Positions 37,224 through 49,412 of a stretch of DNA of 64,000 bases are shown here, in pieces. How positions within the stretch are numbered: position 1 is the stretch's first letter; every line of letters starts with the position of its first letter. The notes beneath the pieces are model-generated. The model made no database searches. It saw only the letters and a list, made by a program, of their open reading frames with translations, and was not told where the DNA came from. The stretch spans positions 558,001 through 622,000 of the forward strand of contig JAYWIR010000002.1 in NCBI GenBank assembly GCA_036172245.1. The letters run 5' to 3'. The stretch is from Raillietiella orientalis. Its lineage: Eukaryota. A program made the translations under genes and the position numbers.

Positions 37224-38038
37224 CCGACCATGAAGCTGAGCTGGAGAGCGTTACTTCGGAGGGAAGCCGAAAAAAAAGAAAGAAAGAAAGAAAGAAAGAA
37301 AAGAAAAAAGAGAAGTTGTTAATTTGCTGCGGACTCGGACGATCTTTTGTTTCTGAGACCAAACGTCTCGGTACAAGGAACTCGACTTCATCCCTTTCCT
37401 CTTTCTTTCTTTTTTTTTTTCTCTTCGCAGAGGATCTCAAGTAGCGTTCGTGATTAGCTGCTCTTCTCCTCTCTCCCTCCCTCCCCCTAGTGTTTTCCTT
37501 TTGAAGCGTCTTCTCAATGCCAGCAAAAAAGGGCACAAGGAATGCCTCTCTTTTGTCTTATCGAAAGGAAAATGAAAACACTCATCCGCACGTGCGCGCA
37601 TACTTGAGCAGCTGAATGCTCCTCTTCCTTCTCCCTTTGCTCGTCCTCATCCTCCCCCTCCTCCTGCCTTCTTCCTTCTTTCTTTCTCCTTCCGCTTTTC
37701 TATCCCTCCGCGCTCCTCACTTCTGTCACTCCCTCCTTTTGCTGGATGCTGACCGACAGAGGAGGCTTAGCGAGAAAAGCGATCGTCGCATACCTGACGC
37801 AGGCGAATGCTGAGTTCGATGCGAAAGGAAGGTGCATCGGCCTAAGTTCCCTGTGGGGTGTGGAGGAGGAAAGGACCCCTTGGTGATGATAGGTAAAGGA
37901 GAAGGGGAAAAGGAGGGAACACCAATCTGCAGAGCTTCATAGACAGTTCCTAGCCTATAGCTAACGCCATCTTCCCATCGCCCATTGATCAGGCGGATTT
38001 GTTCTCCTGGAGCACCCTGTGGATGGGCGACGGTGGTA

Positions 38039-38083
38039 CAAGAAGCTGCCAAGTGGTCGGACTGACCACTTGGCAGCTTCTTG
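38039..38083. repeat. Perfect 20-bp inverted repeat with 5-nt spacer
   Basis: CAAGAAGCTGCCAAGTGGTC-GGACT-GACCACTTGGCAGCTTCTTG. A third partial copy, ACTTGGCAGC, is at 38086-38095. Confidence 0.95.
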
Positions 38084-40337
38084 ATACTTGGCAGCATCTG
38101 GATACTTCCCTATCTTCCTGCGCAGGCGAATAAAGGCGTTTCCTTCGCGGTTGTGTGAGATCTTTCTTGAAGCACCAGAAAAACTTGCTGTCACAGTCCG
38201 GGAAGAAACGCCGAACACGTCATGGAAGCCTTGTCTTCACCTTCCCAGAAGTGCTTCCACTAAGGACCACGCCAGTCCCCGAGGACAGCAACACTGGTCT
38301 CCAGCCACTGAACCTCCAAGATTAATTCCTATGAGAAACAGGCACTTCGTGTATGTGAATCTGGATACGTGACGGCTGCACGCATATGTAATTGTGCATT
38401 ATAAAGATGATGTGCGCAAACAGCACATGTATGCAACATGTGAAGTGTGTGCGCGTGGCACACGTGTTGCTGTTATGTGATGCGCCTTCTCCCAGTTGTC
38501 AAGTCGGCTCAAATCTTGCAATAAAGGGAGATGGAAACTGCGCGCGACATAGCAGTAATGCCTAGTGGGGCTCTTCTCAGGTTCGCAGCGTGCCATCAAC
38601 CCCACTGAAGTTTCGCCCCTGTTTCTCCCGGTCTCACCCCAAAACCCCTCCTCCTCAAAGCAGAGCTTCTGCCTGTTTTCTATAGTCAAAGCAGTAAAGT
38701 TGCTAAATCAATTTGCAAGGGACTGGTCACGTGTCCGCTGCATCGAAGTGGATGGATGGATGCGATGGAGGATTCCATCCGCCGCTTGAGCCTATAAATC
38801 TTCGTCGCCGGCCGCGCTTTCCAACGTCCAGCCTTCTGCCCCTGGATGAACGTTCATCACCTGAAAACGCTTCCCTGCACATGACCATTCAACCGTTCTT
38901 CACCGAAGAGACATGGATATCCACTGCGTTGCGAGGTCTTCGCCGAATCTTTTCGTGGGAATTGCCACCATAATGAGCGGGACTTCAGCGACTGGCACGA
39001 GGTAAGGCTGGTAAGGAAGGATATCCATGAATGCAAAGCGCAACAGATGGACCAAAAGCTTGCGTTTCCTTGATGCGGGCATGCTGTCCACGTGCATACT
39101 CAGAAGGAGGATCATGGAGGCAAATCTCCCCACTGCATGGATGCTTGGTGTGGACTCGAGTCATTTGTCTAAGGGAGCTCGACCGGGGGGCTCAGCAATC
39201 TGGATCGAAGACCTGCTGTATACAAGATACTCCCCAGACTATGGAAGTTCTAGGAACGGAAAAGGAGTCTCTTCGTAGGTGCCGCAGATTCCTTGCTTGC
39301 AGGAGTTGTTGCAGGCGTGGTGCTGGCATCTTCTGATAGAGATTCGCTGCGATCACCTGTTGGCTTCTTTAGCCGCTACGGTTTCCTCGCTGCAGATTAT
39401 TTGCCAACGATCGTCGCCGGGGGATCGTCGCTGGCATTCTGTTGGTGAAAATCCCTCTGCTTTTCAGCTGCTCTGAATTCCGTTGCAACCCACATTCCGG
39501 TAAACGGTCACGGGGAATTTTCGTCACTCCGAGGTTACAGAAGAATGAGACAAACTTTCCACAACAACCAAGAGTCTTTTCTGGCTAATCGTTTCATGAT
39601 GATGCAAATCATTTTGGATTCTTCTGTTTTCGTTTCTCTCTTCCTCCTTTACTTCCTCCTCTCTTCCTCCCTTCCCCTCCCTTCAGTTTCTCTGTCTCTC
39701 TCTTTTTTTTTTGTGATCTGCAAAGTACTGAAGAGTGGTGAAATGAAACGTTCGCCTCCTTAGAAGGGGCTCATAAGGCTTTTTCATAATGTCCACGCCA
39801 TCCGTGGGTGCGTGTCACCCCAGTTTATAGGCGGCAACTCCAGAGGAACCACCTAATGAACCCAGAAAGGAGGAAAAAGTCCATCCTTCTCACACTGGAG
39901 AGGAAACCCTAGAAGGAAGCTCTTATTCTCTTCCTCATTTCTTTGGAGAAAATGCGCAAGGGAACCGCTCCCTGTTCCCTCCCTTAAGAGAACCCCCAAG
40001 GGACGCTTCAAATTTGTCTGAAGGTCGCTTCCGAAGGGAGTAGCGCACTTCTCCGCACTCTGAAGATGCATCAACCAGCACCATGCATGGTACACAGTAG
40101 AGCTCCCTCCCCCACTCTGAGATAGGTGAACGGCTCATTTTCACCATCGAAGGAGAGCTCCGAAGGCAGCCGGCTCTTTGATTCCTAAAGGAATCCCGGA
40201 GCGTCGGCTCCCAATACCGGCCAGTCAAAGGGGGCATCCGGCTACCACCAGTGCCGCACCTGAAGTCTGTAGACCAACCAGCGTCGTCCTGAGAGGGGAA
40301 CACGAAACCCACGATCCATTTCTCGTCGTCGATCCTC

Positions 40338-40409
40338 CACGTAGGGATTCGAACCCGCGACACTTGGCGCCACGTGAGGAGACCGCCATAACCACACGGC
40401 CGCCAACGC
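40338..40409 (-). mobile_element. tRNA-derived sequence (SINE head or tRNA pseudogene)
   Basis: The minus strand carries an A-box/D-arm-like GGCCGTGTGGTTATGGCG (GCCG/TGGC stem) and a perfect B-box GGTTCGAATCCC (plus 40344-40355) at tRNA spacing. The acceptor, anticodon and T stems do not pair properly. Confidence 0.7.
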
Positions 40410-43400
40410 AGGCAAAAACTCCCCGGAAGAAAGCTTGACGAACCATCCACGAGAACGTTCGTTCCAATTGCACGGCGTGGGGGTCGACTCTGCATCATCT
40501 GCTGATGATGGAAATCGGCCCCACTCACTCCCCGACCGTGAGAATGCAACCAGCGGTGCGTCACCCGAATCCGAACGTGAAAGGAAATGCCGGAAACCAA
40601 GAACGCCGAACTTGGGTCAAACGGGCAACAGTCCAGAAGTGGCATCCGCAGCAACGGAGCTCACTGCTTCCGTGAAGCCGCGAGCGACCGGTTTCGGCAT
40701 CCTTGAGAACGAATCTCATCTCCAAGGAGGAATGATGGCAGCCGGAAGATGCTGTCACCTAACGCACAAAGCAAGCCGATCGCCGATACTGCCGAGGTCC
40801 TCGAGGCGCGTAGGACAGCCGGATGGAAGGAGCGCGGAAAGAAGAGGCCAAGGAACCGGAGGGAATTGGAAGCTGACGGTGGACGAGACGTTTCGAGTGA
40901 GACAGGAACGTTCATCCGAAAAACATGGACTGCCACATCCTCCACAACTGATGGATGTCCTTTCTACTCTTGACATGAAGAGGCTGATCTCTTCTCCGAT
41001 AACGTTTTTCATTTTGCAAACTGCACCGCCCCCCCCCCCTTTTTTTCTGGTAAAGCTTCAATGAGAAAGAGTCGTTCCTCAAGGAAGATGCATGCATAAT
41101 AAACAACCGGATGTTTGTTCAGAAGAAAGGAATTCCAAGTTCCAGCAGGCGGCGGAGGGCGAGTGGCAAGTCGCGCTCCAAAAGAATGCCGATTTCAAAA
41201 TCTGGACCTCGGCAACGGTTGATGCTATCTCCGAAAATGCACTTCCTACGGGAGAAAAGCTCGGCAAAAATCACGGAGATAAAAGTCGATTTCCTTAAAC
41301 ACTTCGTCAAGATTTCAGATTCCGCAAACTTCCTCTCGGCTGCATCTTATCTGATTCCCTAATCGTCAAAGAATTTACTGCATCGAGTTCCTTCACAACT
41401 TCATTTCATCCTGCTCTCAGCTAGGGAGGAAGTGATGGTTTGATTAATGCTGTGATTAATGCAAATCCCGATAAGGATTCCGGGTGAAGTATTTTTGGAG
41501 GAGAGGGAGGGAGTTTCAGATGAATTCGGGAATAACGGCGAGACCTGGAGGTGATGCCTTCCGCTCCGGAAAAGCGAATCCGTTCGCTCCCGTTTTCCGA
41601 TCCAGGGGAAGGAGGAAGCGAAAGGAATCCTGTAGGGTCGGCTTCTTGTCCAGGCGCGGATGTCCGCAAAGAATGGTGGTGTCCGTGACGAGGTGCACCC
41701 CGGAAGCAACACACGCAAAAGGAAGGAGGGGAGGCGGACAAAAGGCACCCCTAAGCGTGCGATGGAAAGAAAAAAGAGAGAGAAACAGAGAAAGAAAGGA
41801 AAGAAGGAAGGAAACAGTTCGAAATGGACCACTCTCTGATGCATGAAAAGAAATCGGCATCTCCGAAACAGAAGAGGCGTCGCATCGCCGTGCTGCCGAT
41901 GTGGTTTTCAATTGACCCTGCACCTTGGCTCCGAACGCATGCAAGAGGGATCTGCATCAGCAACAATCATCCGAAGGAGAGGATGAACAGATAAGTTTCG
42001 AAACGACAGATTGGAGGGCGGGAAACACGCCTCCCTCTCGAAATGTTCCCATGCCTCGGTGGATCTCGAGAGAAGACAGACGGATAGGTGGCGCCACGGA
42101 AGAGTGGATGCTGGAACTCCAGCTTGCACCAAAACCAAAGCCTCCTGGAACCCAACCGCAAAAGAGACTGCAAGGGAACCTTTTGGAACGAGATGCTCCC
42201 TCTGGTCTGTTAGGGATGGAAGCAGAGAACTAGGAAAAGTCAAATACCCGGAAGCTTCGGTCTCTTCGGAGGTCATTAGACGGCATGCAGGGTGATGGTA
42301 AACTCGCCCTTTCACCTGGTGCCAATGTTGTGTTGGACAGGTCTTGGAGCTTGGACGCTGCTCGGACGACTCTGGCTTCTTCGAAGGGACGTCATGACTT
42401 GTGCGGATCTCGTAGCGCCTCCTGTTGCGCGGCCTCTCCCGTCGGCTCCACCGTCGCATCTGAAAGAAGTCTCCGCCACACTCTTCCCCTTTTCTTATCC
42501 TCCGCTGCAGAGACTAGACTTCGCCGAGATGTCTGGTCTTGTCCTTCCTCTGGTTTCCGTTTTTCTGTCTCCTGCACTCCTGGATGAGTCCATCCTTCGG
42601 TTTAAGCAAGAGCATGCAAGCCAGCCGGGAGGCGCCCATCCCTGCAGTTAAGGCAACGATAGGGACGCGAGTTCAGGAGGTGGGCGTGACACTTTCGTCA
42701 CATACTTTTCAACAGCGAGGAGGGACGAAGAATCCAGCATGATAGGAAAGGGAAAATTTGAGAAAGCAGGATTCGTTCCCAGCTATGTTGGGAAGGCTGT
42801 ACTTGGAGCTTTCCTGAAGCAAGCAAGCCATCAAGGACACCCTCCTCCCCAACCCCCTTACGATTTTCATCATTGAGTCATCTGGTTGGGGTCTTTTTAT
42901 TCAGCTCGAGGGATGCACAGAAGGAAATGCCGGATGCGTAAGGCGCAAAGAAAATGCCAAAGGCACGAGTGATTTCTCGCTTTTCGAACATCCTTCCAGC
43001 TTCTCCTATAGTCGTTCAGACTGCTCGCACGTGAGACCACTGGCCCATTCAGTGTCTCCAGAAAGACTCTCGGAGATGCTGTATGTTTCTCCTCCCCAAC
43101 TCCTTTTTCAGAGCGTTGACCTCTTTTCTGCGAGGCTTTTAGCTTCCTGGAAATCTTGATCCTGGATGCAAATGGACCACTACGAGAGCACTCTGACGCA
43201 GTTTAAGCGCAGAGACAAGCCCAGACAGTTTTTTTCCATCATTATCCTGGTTCCTTCTGACGCTGCTTCCCTCAGTCGAATGGCCAGGAGACCTCGGTAC
43301 CCAAACTCGCTCTTCGCCTGGAAAGACCAGGTATCAGGTCGAAGTTTGAGTCTGCCCCGAGGATCGACTGGAGCAGAGCCTCTTCGGCGCTCTTCCTTGT

Positions 43401-46326
43401 CCTCGTTCGGTGCTTGTTCACGAACTCATCATGGCGTCTGGAGAACTGCGCCATTGTTGGTCGTACACTGGTCAAGCGCGTGCCGCAGATAATCCTCTCA
43501 GGCTGCACGCTGCCGGCTCCACCCCTCGACGACGTGGTCTGCAGTGGAGTTTTACTTGGTCGACAAGCAAAGCTGGAAAGTGGCTGGAAGTGCAATGCTG
43601 ACCAGCTCTGTACATTACTCCTCCACAGTTGGGACATTTCCCTGCAATGGAAAAGCCATGCTCCGTGCTCTGGGGCATTCACAGATGATCGGCGATTTTT
43701 TTTCGCATGCCTCCATCGGAAGTGAGATCTCCGACGATGATCTTTGGTTCCACATCGCTCCCAAGGTGCTGGAATCTTGTCAGTAGATCGTTCACAAACT
43801 CCTAACACCGTTTCTAAAGAAGTCATGGTCACCGCAGTCGTCATCCATTCTGGCCTGTGGAAAAGAACACCATCCGATACGCGTTCTGACTGTGATGGAA
43901 GTTGGTGCACGCCATCCTCCTTTTTGGACTCATTGCCCGCACGTGAGAGAGACCTCGAGTTCTCTGAGCACCTCATTCTTCCCAGGGACCATTAAGCCGA
44001 TCCTTCACGGAGAAAAGGAAAGACAACTCCCGGCGTCTGGTCTCCTTTCTTTGTCGATCTCTCACGAGGTCATCGCAGAATCCTCGTGGATCAGTTCCAA
44101 TTTGGAGGACTTCTCTCACTCCTTTCTGCATGAAGGCGACATCCTCCTTGTGGAAGGAGTCCGGAGAATTCTGAGAGCCCGCTGCAGCGACAGTGAGGGT
44201 GCGCAGACAGGAGACCTGGAGCGACCCAAGACTGGAGCACCATATTCTGCAGAAGTCACGAGTCGACCTGGGTCACTTCTCTCTGCTTTGGCTTCTGTGG
44301 AGCCTCAGACACTACCAGGTGGTGATCGCTCCCTCCTATGCTTGGAGTCGCTTCCCGAAGCCTTGATACTGCAAGGTGAGTGGCGGGTTGTCGATCCAGG
44401 TGCTGCCCGCTCTTTGGGCGGCCTCCCAGAGGCTTCGCAGGAAGGCGGGCAAAGGGAGGAAAGGCAAAGCGGTCCTCTCCCCTGCCCGGGTTGAACGAGT
44501 CTACAAGAGCACTCGTCGTAGAACCTTTGAGACCTTGGGAGCTTGGAAGCGTCTCGCATGCCAGAGGAACTTGAGATCCTGTGGCACCACGCGGTTCCTT
44601 CCCGATGCGTTCCGCCTCGGGAAGGAGCCGGCGTGTTTCAGGATTCAGTTCTCTGCGCCATCTTTTGCAACCATCTCGAGGGACATCGGTTGTGAAGCAG
44701 GAATCCCTTTCATAGCTGATGAAGGCGAGATTCATGCGCTGCAGCTAAAGAGGATGCATTGTCGATGGCTCTGGTGTGCCTTCTCCCCATGTGATCAGCA
44801 CTGTTCCTTGTGGGCTCTTGAAGTACACGATAAACATATGTGCTGGTACGACTTCAGCGCATGATGAGGATGGATATTTTGCTCTCGTAGCATCTGAGGA
44901 AATAAATGATGGAGTTTCTTCTCTTTTCTGGAAGCTCTTCGAGGAGAGCGAAGCAAAAGGAAGTAGCACACGCACCCGATAAAGCATTCCGGCTGAGAGA
45001 ACCCGTGGATCCACTTCATTTGTTTGTGGCTTCCTTTCCAGGAAGCGAATAGCGTCCAGTTCAAAAGGAAGATTCCGGGGAGACTGCGGTGATCGCAGCA
45101 AAAGAGACAAGGAGGCTCAAGCCACTGATTAAAGATTCAGTCGAACGAAGACGAGACGAAATGATAACATTGGTTCCCCTGCTAGAGAAAGGTCAAATTA
45201 TCCGACTGCACGGAAGGATGAAAGGGTGCTATTAAAGATGAAAATAAGCATGATGGTGCTCTCATCGTTTATCTCTTCTCTCCACCCACACCTCGGACAT
45301 GCATTTCGTATCTCTGCTTACCTCGTGATTTTTGCTTCCTTCGAAGAGATTTACACCTGAAGAGGACGAACACTGAAGAGGATTTGCGACCCTTCCACTC
45401 GTCGAAGCTCGGATCGAGCCACCCTTTAAGTGGACTCGGACTTTTCAGCAGAGAACCTCAGCAGGGCTTCAATCAGAGCACGTCGCAAGACAAGCAAGAA
45501 TGCGCTTGATCTTGAATTGCCTTTTCTTGCTTGTTCTTCCTGACATTTCATCTACTCTCCGAGCAACCAGTTCCAAAAGATGCCCGTTCAAGATAAACCG
45601 AGCGTTCTTGAAAGAAGGTGCAATTCTGGACATCCGAATCTCGATGCGTTTTCTCAACGGAGGTGAGCGGGGATCAGCCGATGCGCGTTCTGCCGAAACC
45701 ACACAGGGAGCCGGCGTGTTTTGCTGAGAAGCTGCGTCCTTCGAATCTTCTCCCCCACCCTTTCTCCCTCTCCAAAGGCAGTCGACTGCAAAATAGGGTG
45801 TTGTAGATTCAGCACGGCTCTTTCCTCGAGGCTTCAGTCGCGAGCGACCTGAGCGGCCAGGTTAACACGCTACCAAAAAGTCTCGGAAAATTCTGACGAT
45901 AGGAACGGAGCAGAGTTCGCAAAGGGCCAGTGTTCGTTGCTCCGATCAAAAAATGAGCAAGGGAACTGGATGCAGGAATGACTCTGGGACCCCCTCTGAA
46001 CTCTCCTTTGTGACCCAAACGAGCAAGGCAGCGACAAGGAAGCAACGTCTTCGCAAACAAAAACTCATCAATCAAAACTACCATGTAGCGAAAAGTATGA
46101 AACAAGAATGTGCATCCATAAGGGCGTTCCCCTATGTGAGGCAGAACGAATTCGCTGTTTGGCTTGTAAATTTTTTTCACGCCAAGGGTTCCCGAGAAAT
46201 GGGAAAGCGAGCAGCAAGAAGCAGAGTTACTATGAAGCAGCAAACGCTGCCAACCAGGATCAACACAGAGACAAGGGAAGAAAGGTCGATTCTTCGCTGA
46301 GAGGAAGCTTCAAGGATGATAATGAA

Positions 46327-46589
46327 GTCATTATTTTCCACTACTACGAATCTTCACCTGGATCTCTGGAGAAGGCAAGGGGAAGGTGATGAAGAGATTG
46401 GCTCTCTGCTTTGACGACGAGGTAGTACCATCGTGGTGTCAAAGCCGTCACACCACATCATCCCTGGGATGGTTAAGATCTGATGCACGACCAGTTCGTA
46501 AGACGGCTGAGGATAGAGCCCATCAAGGAGACGACGGTGCTCTCCTGCTCTCCCAACATACGCCATCCCAGGACCTGCTGGAGGCATAG
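46327..46589 (+). mobile_element. Possible degenerate Ty3/gypsy-like gag (capsid) fragment
   Basis: Across frameshifts: VIIFHYYESSPGSLE / MKRLALCFDDE / DLMHDQFVRRLRIEPIKE / SQDLLEA. This resembles the gag pattern F..R.Q.PGES...LKRLA..C.F...LRDQFVxGL. By eye only. Confidence 0.35.
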
Positions 46590-49337
46590 GTCGGTTTACC
46601 AGCGGAGAGGAAACTTCCATTAGATCACAGCCTCGAGTTGGCAGCAAAATGGAGAGGACAGTCAGGCGGTAAAGACGATGGCAAATGCTCTGCACGCCCC
46701 GGCGCATCACTCGTGAAAACACAAGCATGAAGATCATTTGTGGGAAGGGAGAAGGGAACTAAAGGAGCAACGAGAAGGCTCACTGCTCAGCACCAAGCAC
46801 GGCTTGCTAAAACCGAAAAGGTGGAGGTGAAGCAAGTCAGAGAGAGAGAGCAGCATGAGTGTATCATCATTTTCGAGTTCAGAGATACGAGTGATCGATC
46901 GATTCCTCCCATGAGGAAACAACGGAGCCACGAAGGATTGCTCGCAATGATGGCCACCATGCTGGCTCCAGCGGCTCCATTAGCGCTTTTAGGATGTCGG
47001 AAGAGGGAAGGAAAATCTTTCTTTTTTTTTTTTTTGTCTTGAGTAACCAACGTGAAAAAGGCCCCAGTGCCACCCTGTGTGTGGCATCGAGTTGATGAAC
47101 CTATGAGGAGCGCCTGATGGGTTGGGGAGATGACAAAACCGAAAACCGGAACCCTTCGTACGGTTTGCATCAATCGCATTTACGGTCTCTCCACTTGCGA
47201 AAGTTTCGCAAGTGGAGGTGAGCGCAAACGGCAACTTTCCCTGATCTCCGTTAGAAGACTTCACCAAGTGCGAATGCCTTTCTTTCAGGGTCAAGACTGA
47301 AAAAAGAGCCAACCCCTCGGATTTAGATACAGTGGACAGCGTCCCTGCACGCGATATGCATGTTTGTTTTGCCCCAATCCACGGTAAAGTCCGTAGGAGT
47401 CCTGAACTTTCCTGAAGACTGCCCGCCTGAAGCTGGAACCCGTGGTCCTGGGCGTACCTGATGAAAGGGGAGCTTTGCACATGCTATTGCGAGCTTAGGA
47501 GGGGATGGAAGAGAAAGAGGAAGAAGAGAGAAGTTCAGTGGAAACTGGCAAAATGTCATCGCTAGGCGATCTCTCTTGAGGCGATGGTGACCAGCTGACC
47601 AGCTTCTCCGACAACAGCTTTTCGAAATTTTCCCTAGACGAACCTTCCTACTCCTACCTCTGTACCCCCTTTCGCAATTTGTAATCGTGATCTTCCTGGC
47701 TTTGCACCGCATCGATGGCTCCGTGGTCCCCCTGTCGATGACTGGAAGTGCAAATCGGAAATGTGCGGGTTCCGATTGGAGCGAATGCCTTCCTGCTCCC
47801 TAAAGCTCGAACAGGAATCCTTCCCGAAGAACGCCTTGTGAAGCTGCGGTGATCGGTACGGTGTAGCCTTCCAGGAAGAAGGCATCCACAGAAAGAATCG
47901 GTTTCCGAACGCGAGAGGAACGAGACTCAGCGCTCGAAGTGAGCTGCAAAGTTCTCGAGACTATGGGCCCATAAGGTGACAGCACGAAATTCAATGCATC
48001 CTTCAAAGTAAATGCCGTCGGAAGCAGCATAGCACCTTCGCAGCATACGAACACGGCATGCTTCGAAAAGATTGGATGCCCGCGTTGCTGTATTTCTCAT
48101 TCGACGTGTGCGCTTTTTCTTCACCAAGGGTGTTCGCTGCTGTATCCTGCCTAGGGTCCGCCGTTGCCGTGGTTTCTCCCTTCGCTCACCCGCGCGGCGC
48201 AATTGAACCGCCGAGCAACGGATGCCATGGAGGATTTCCGTTCTCCAGATGCTGCTGTGTCGTCTCCAGCGAACGCAGATTGAATCAGCCTCACGAGGCG
48301 CTGCTAGGCACAGTACACAGATCAAAGAGAGAGAGACCTTTCAGCTGAGGAAGTGGCTTTAACAGACGCAGCGGAAAAGCTCATTCCGCATTAATCTGGA
48401 AGAAGGAAAGAGACGGAAGAAGAAGAAAGAGAAGAGGAAAGAAAAAAAGTGTCACGGAAGCGGGAGGAAAGGATCCGGACAAAGATCTGAACTTCTGAGG
48501 ACGGTGCGATATCACGGTCAACGCCGAATCTTTCAACTTCTTCCGGAGTTGACGAATGCCCGGGCTCGCGTAGACAGCGGCCGCTCTGGATCCGGAAGAT
48601 AGCTCCTCGGGGACCCACCACCAATTTCCAAGTGCCTGTTATCTGGATTTCCGAGAACCAATGATAGGGCGGCGGGAGAAAAGGAGCAGAAAAAAAAAAA
48701 AGAAACGAACCTCTTTGTTGGGGGATTGCAAAACCGCGCCTGCACAGAAAGTCAGCGATGCCATTGTTTCACACGAGGACCCTCCAGGACGCCATCTCCT
48801 TTCTTGGTCTTTCCGGCATCCTCCCTCGCGAGGCGGACCACTTTTTTTTTGTTTGGAAGCTCGTGACGATGGTGAGGGGTCAAAGCCCCAGAACGCGCTT
48901 CCAGAGGAAGCGGCAGATTCCTTCCTTCATCTCGCTGCAGCTGCCCGGGTGAGCGCTGCAAGTCCGTGCGGTCCAGGCGTAACACAGGATGGCGGCGGGC
49001 GACTCCACCAAAGGAGCTTCGGGAGAGGCCGTCCTCTTCTCTCTACCCCAGAGGGATCGGGACAGAGGAGGAGAAGACGTCTGTCTGCCTTCCCAGGTCC
49101 ATCCAAAGTTCCCGTCTCCCAGATCAAACCTCCAGGAGGTATCCTCCTGGAGACCAAAGAGAAGCTCAGTGCCGCATCAATCGACTTCGCTGATTGGCAG
49201 CTGTCGGCGTGAGGAATCGAGCGCCAAAGGCAGCCGCAAGACCACCTTGAGGAAAGGCGCGCAGGAAAGGCGAAGTGACATTGGCAGAAGCTTCGCAGCT
49301 AAGCGAGACCCGGCCACTCCCACACAGTCTGGTGTTC

Positions 49338-49412
49338 GTGTGTGACGTGCTGATGGCTATCCTTTAGGCATGGAAGTCGTGCCTAAAGGATAGCCATCAG
49401 CACGTTACACAC
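49338..49412 (+). repeat. 33-bp-stem inverted repeat (long hairpin)
   Basis: Arms 49338-49370 and 49380-49412. The 26-bp core ACGTGCTGATGGCTATCCTTTAGGCA / TGCCTAAAGGATAGCCATCAGCACGT is perfect. The single arm mismatch is G:T. Confidence 0.95.

Noticed and set aside
40338-40409. Functional tRNA gene
   Set aside because: Acceptor, anticodon and T stems fail to pair; kept only as tRNA-derived.
43590-43642. Minus-strand KCPNCGGVMYRAGQHC resembling a LINE ORF1 zinc knuckle
   Set aside because: It lacks the His ligand and neighbouring knuckles; too short to support.
47940-48030. Minus-strand LLPTAFTLKDALNFVLSPYGPIVS resembling a LINE ORF1 RRM start
   Set aside because: Isolated short similarity with no supporting downstream motifs.
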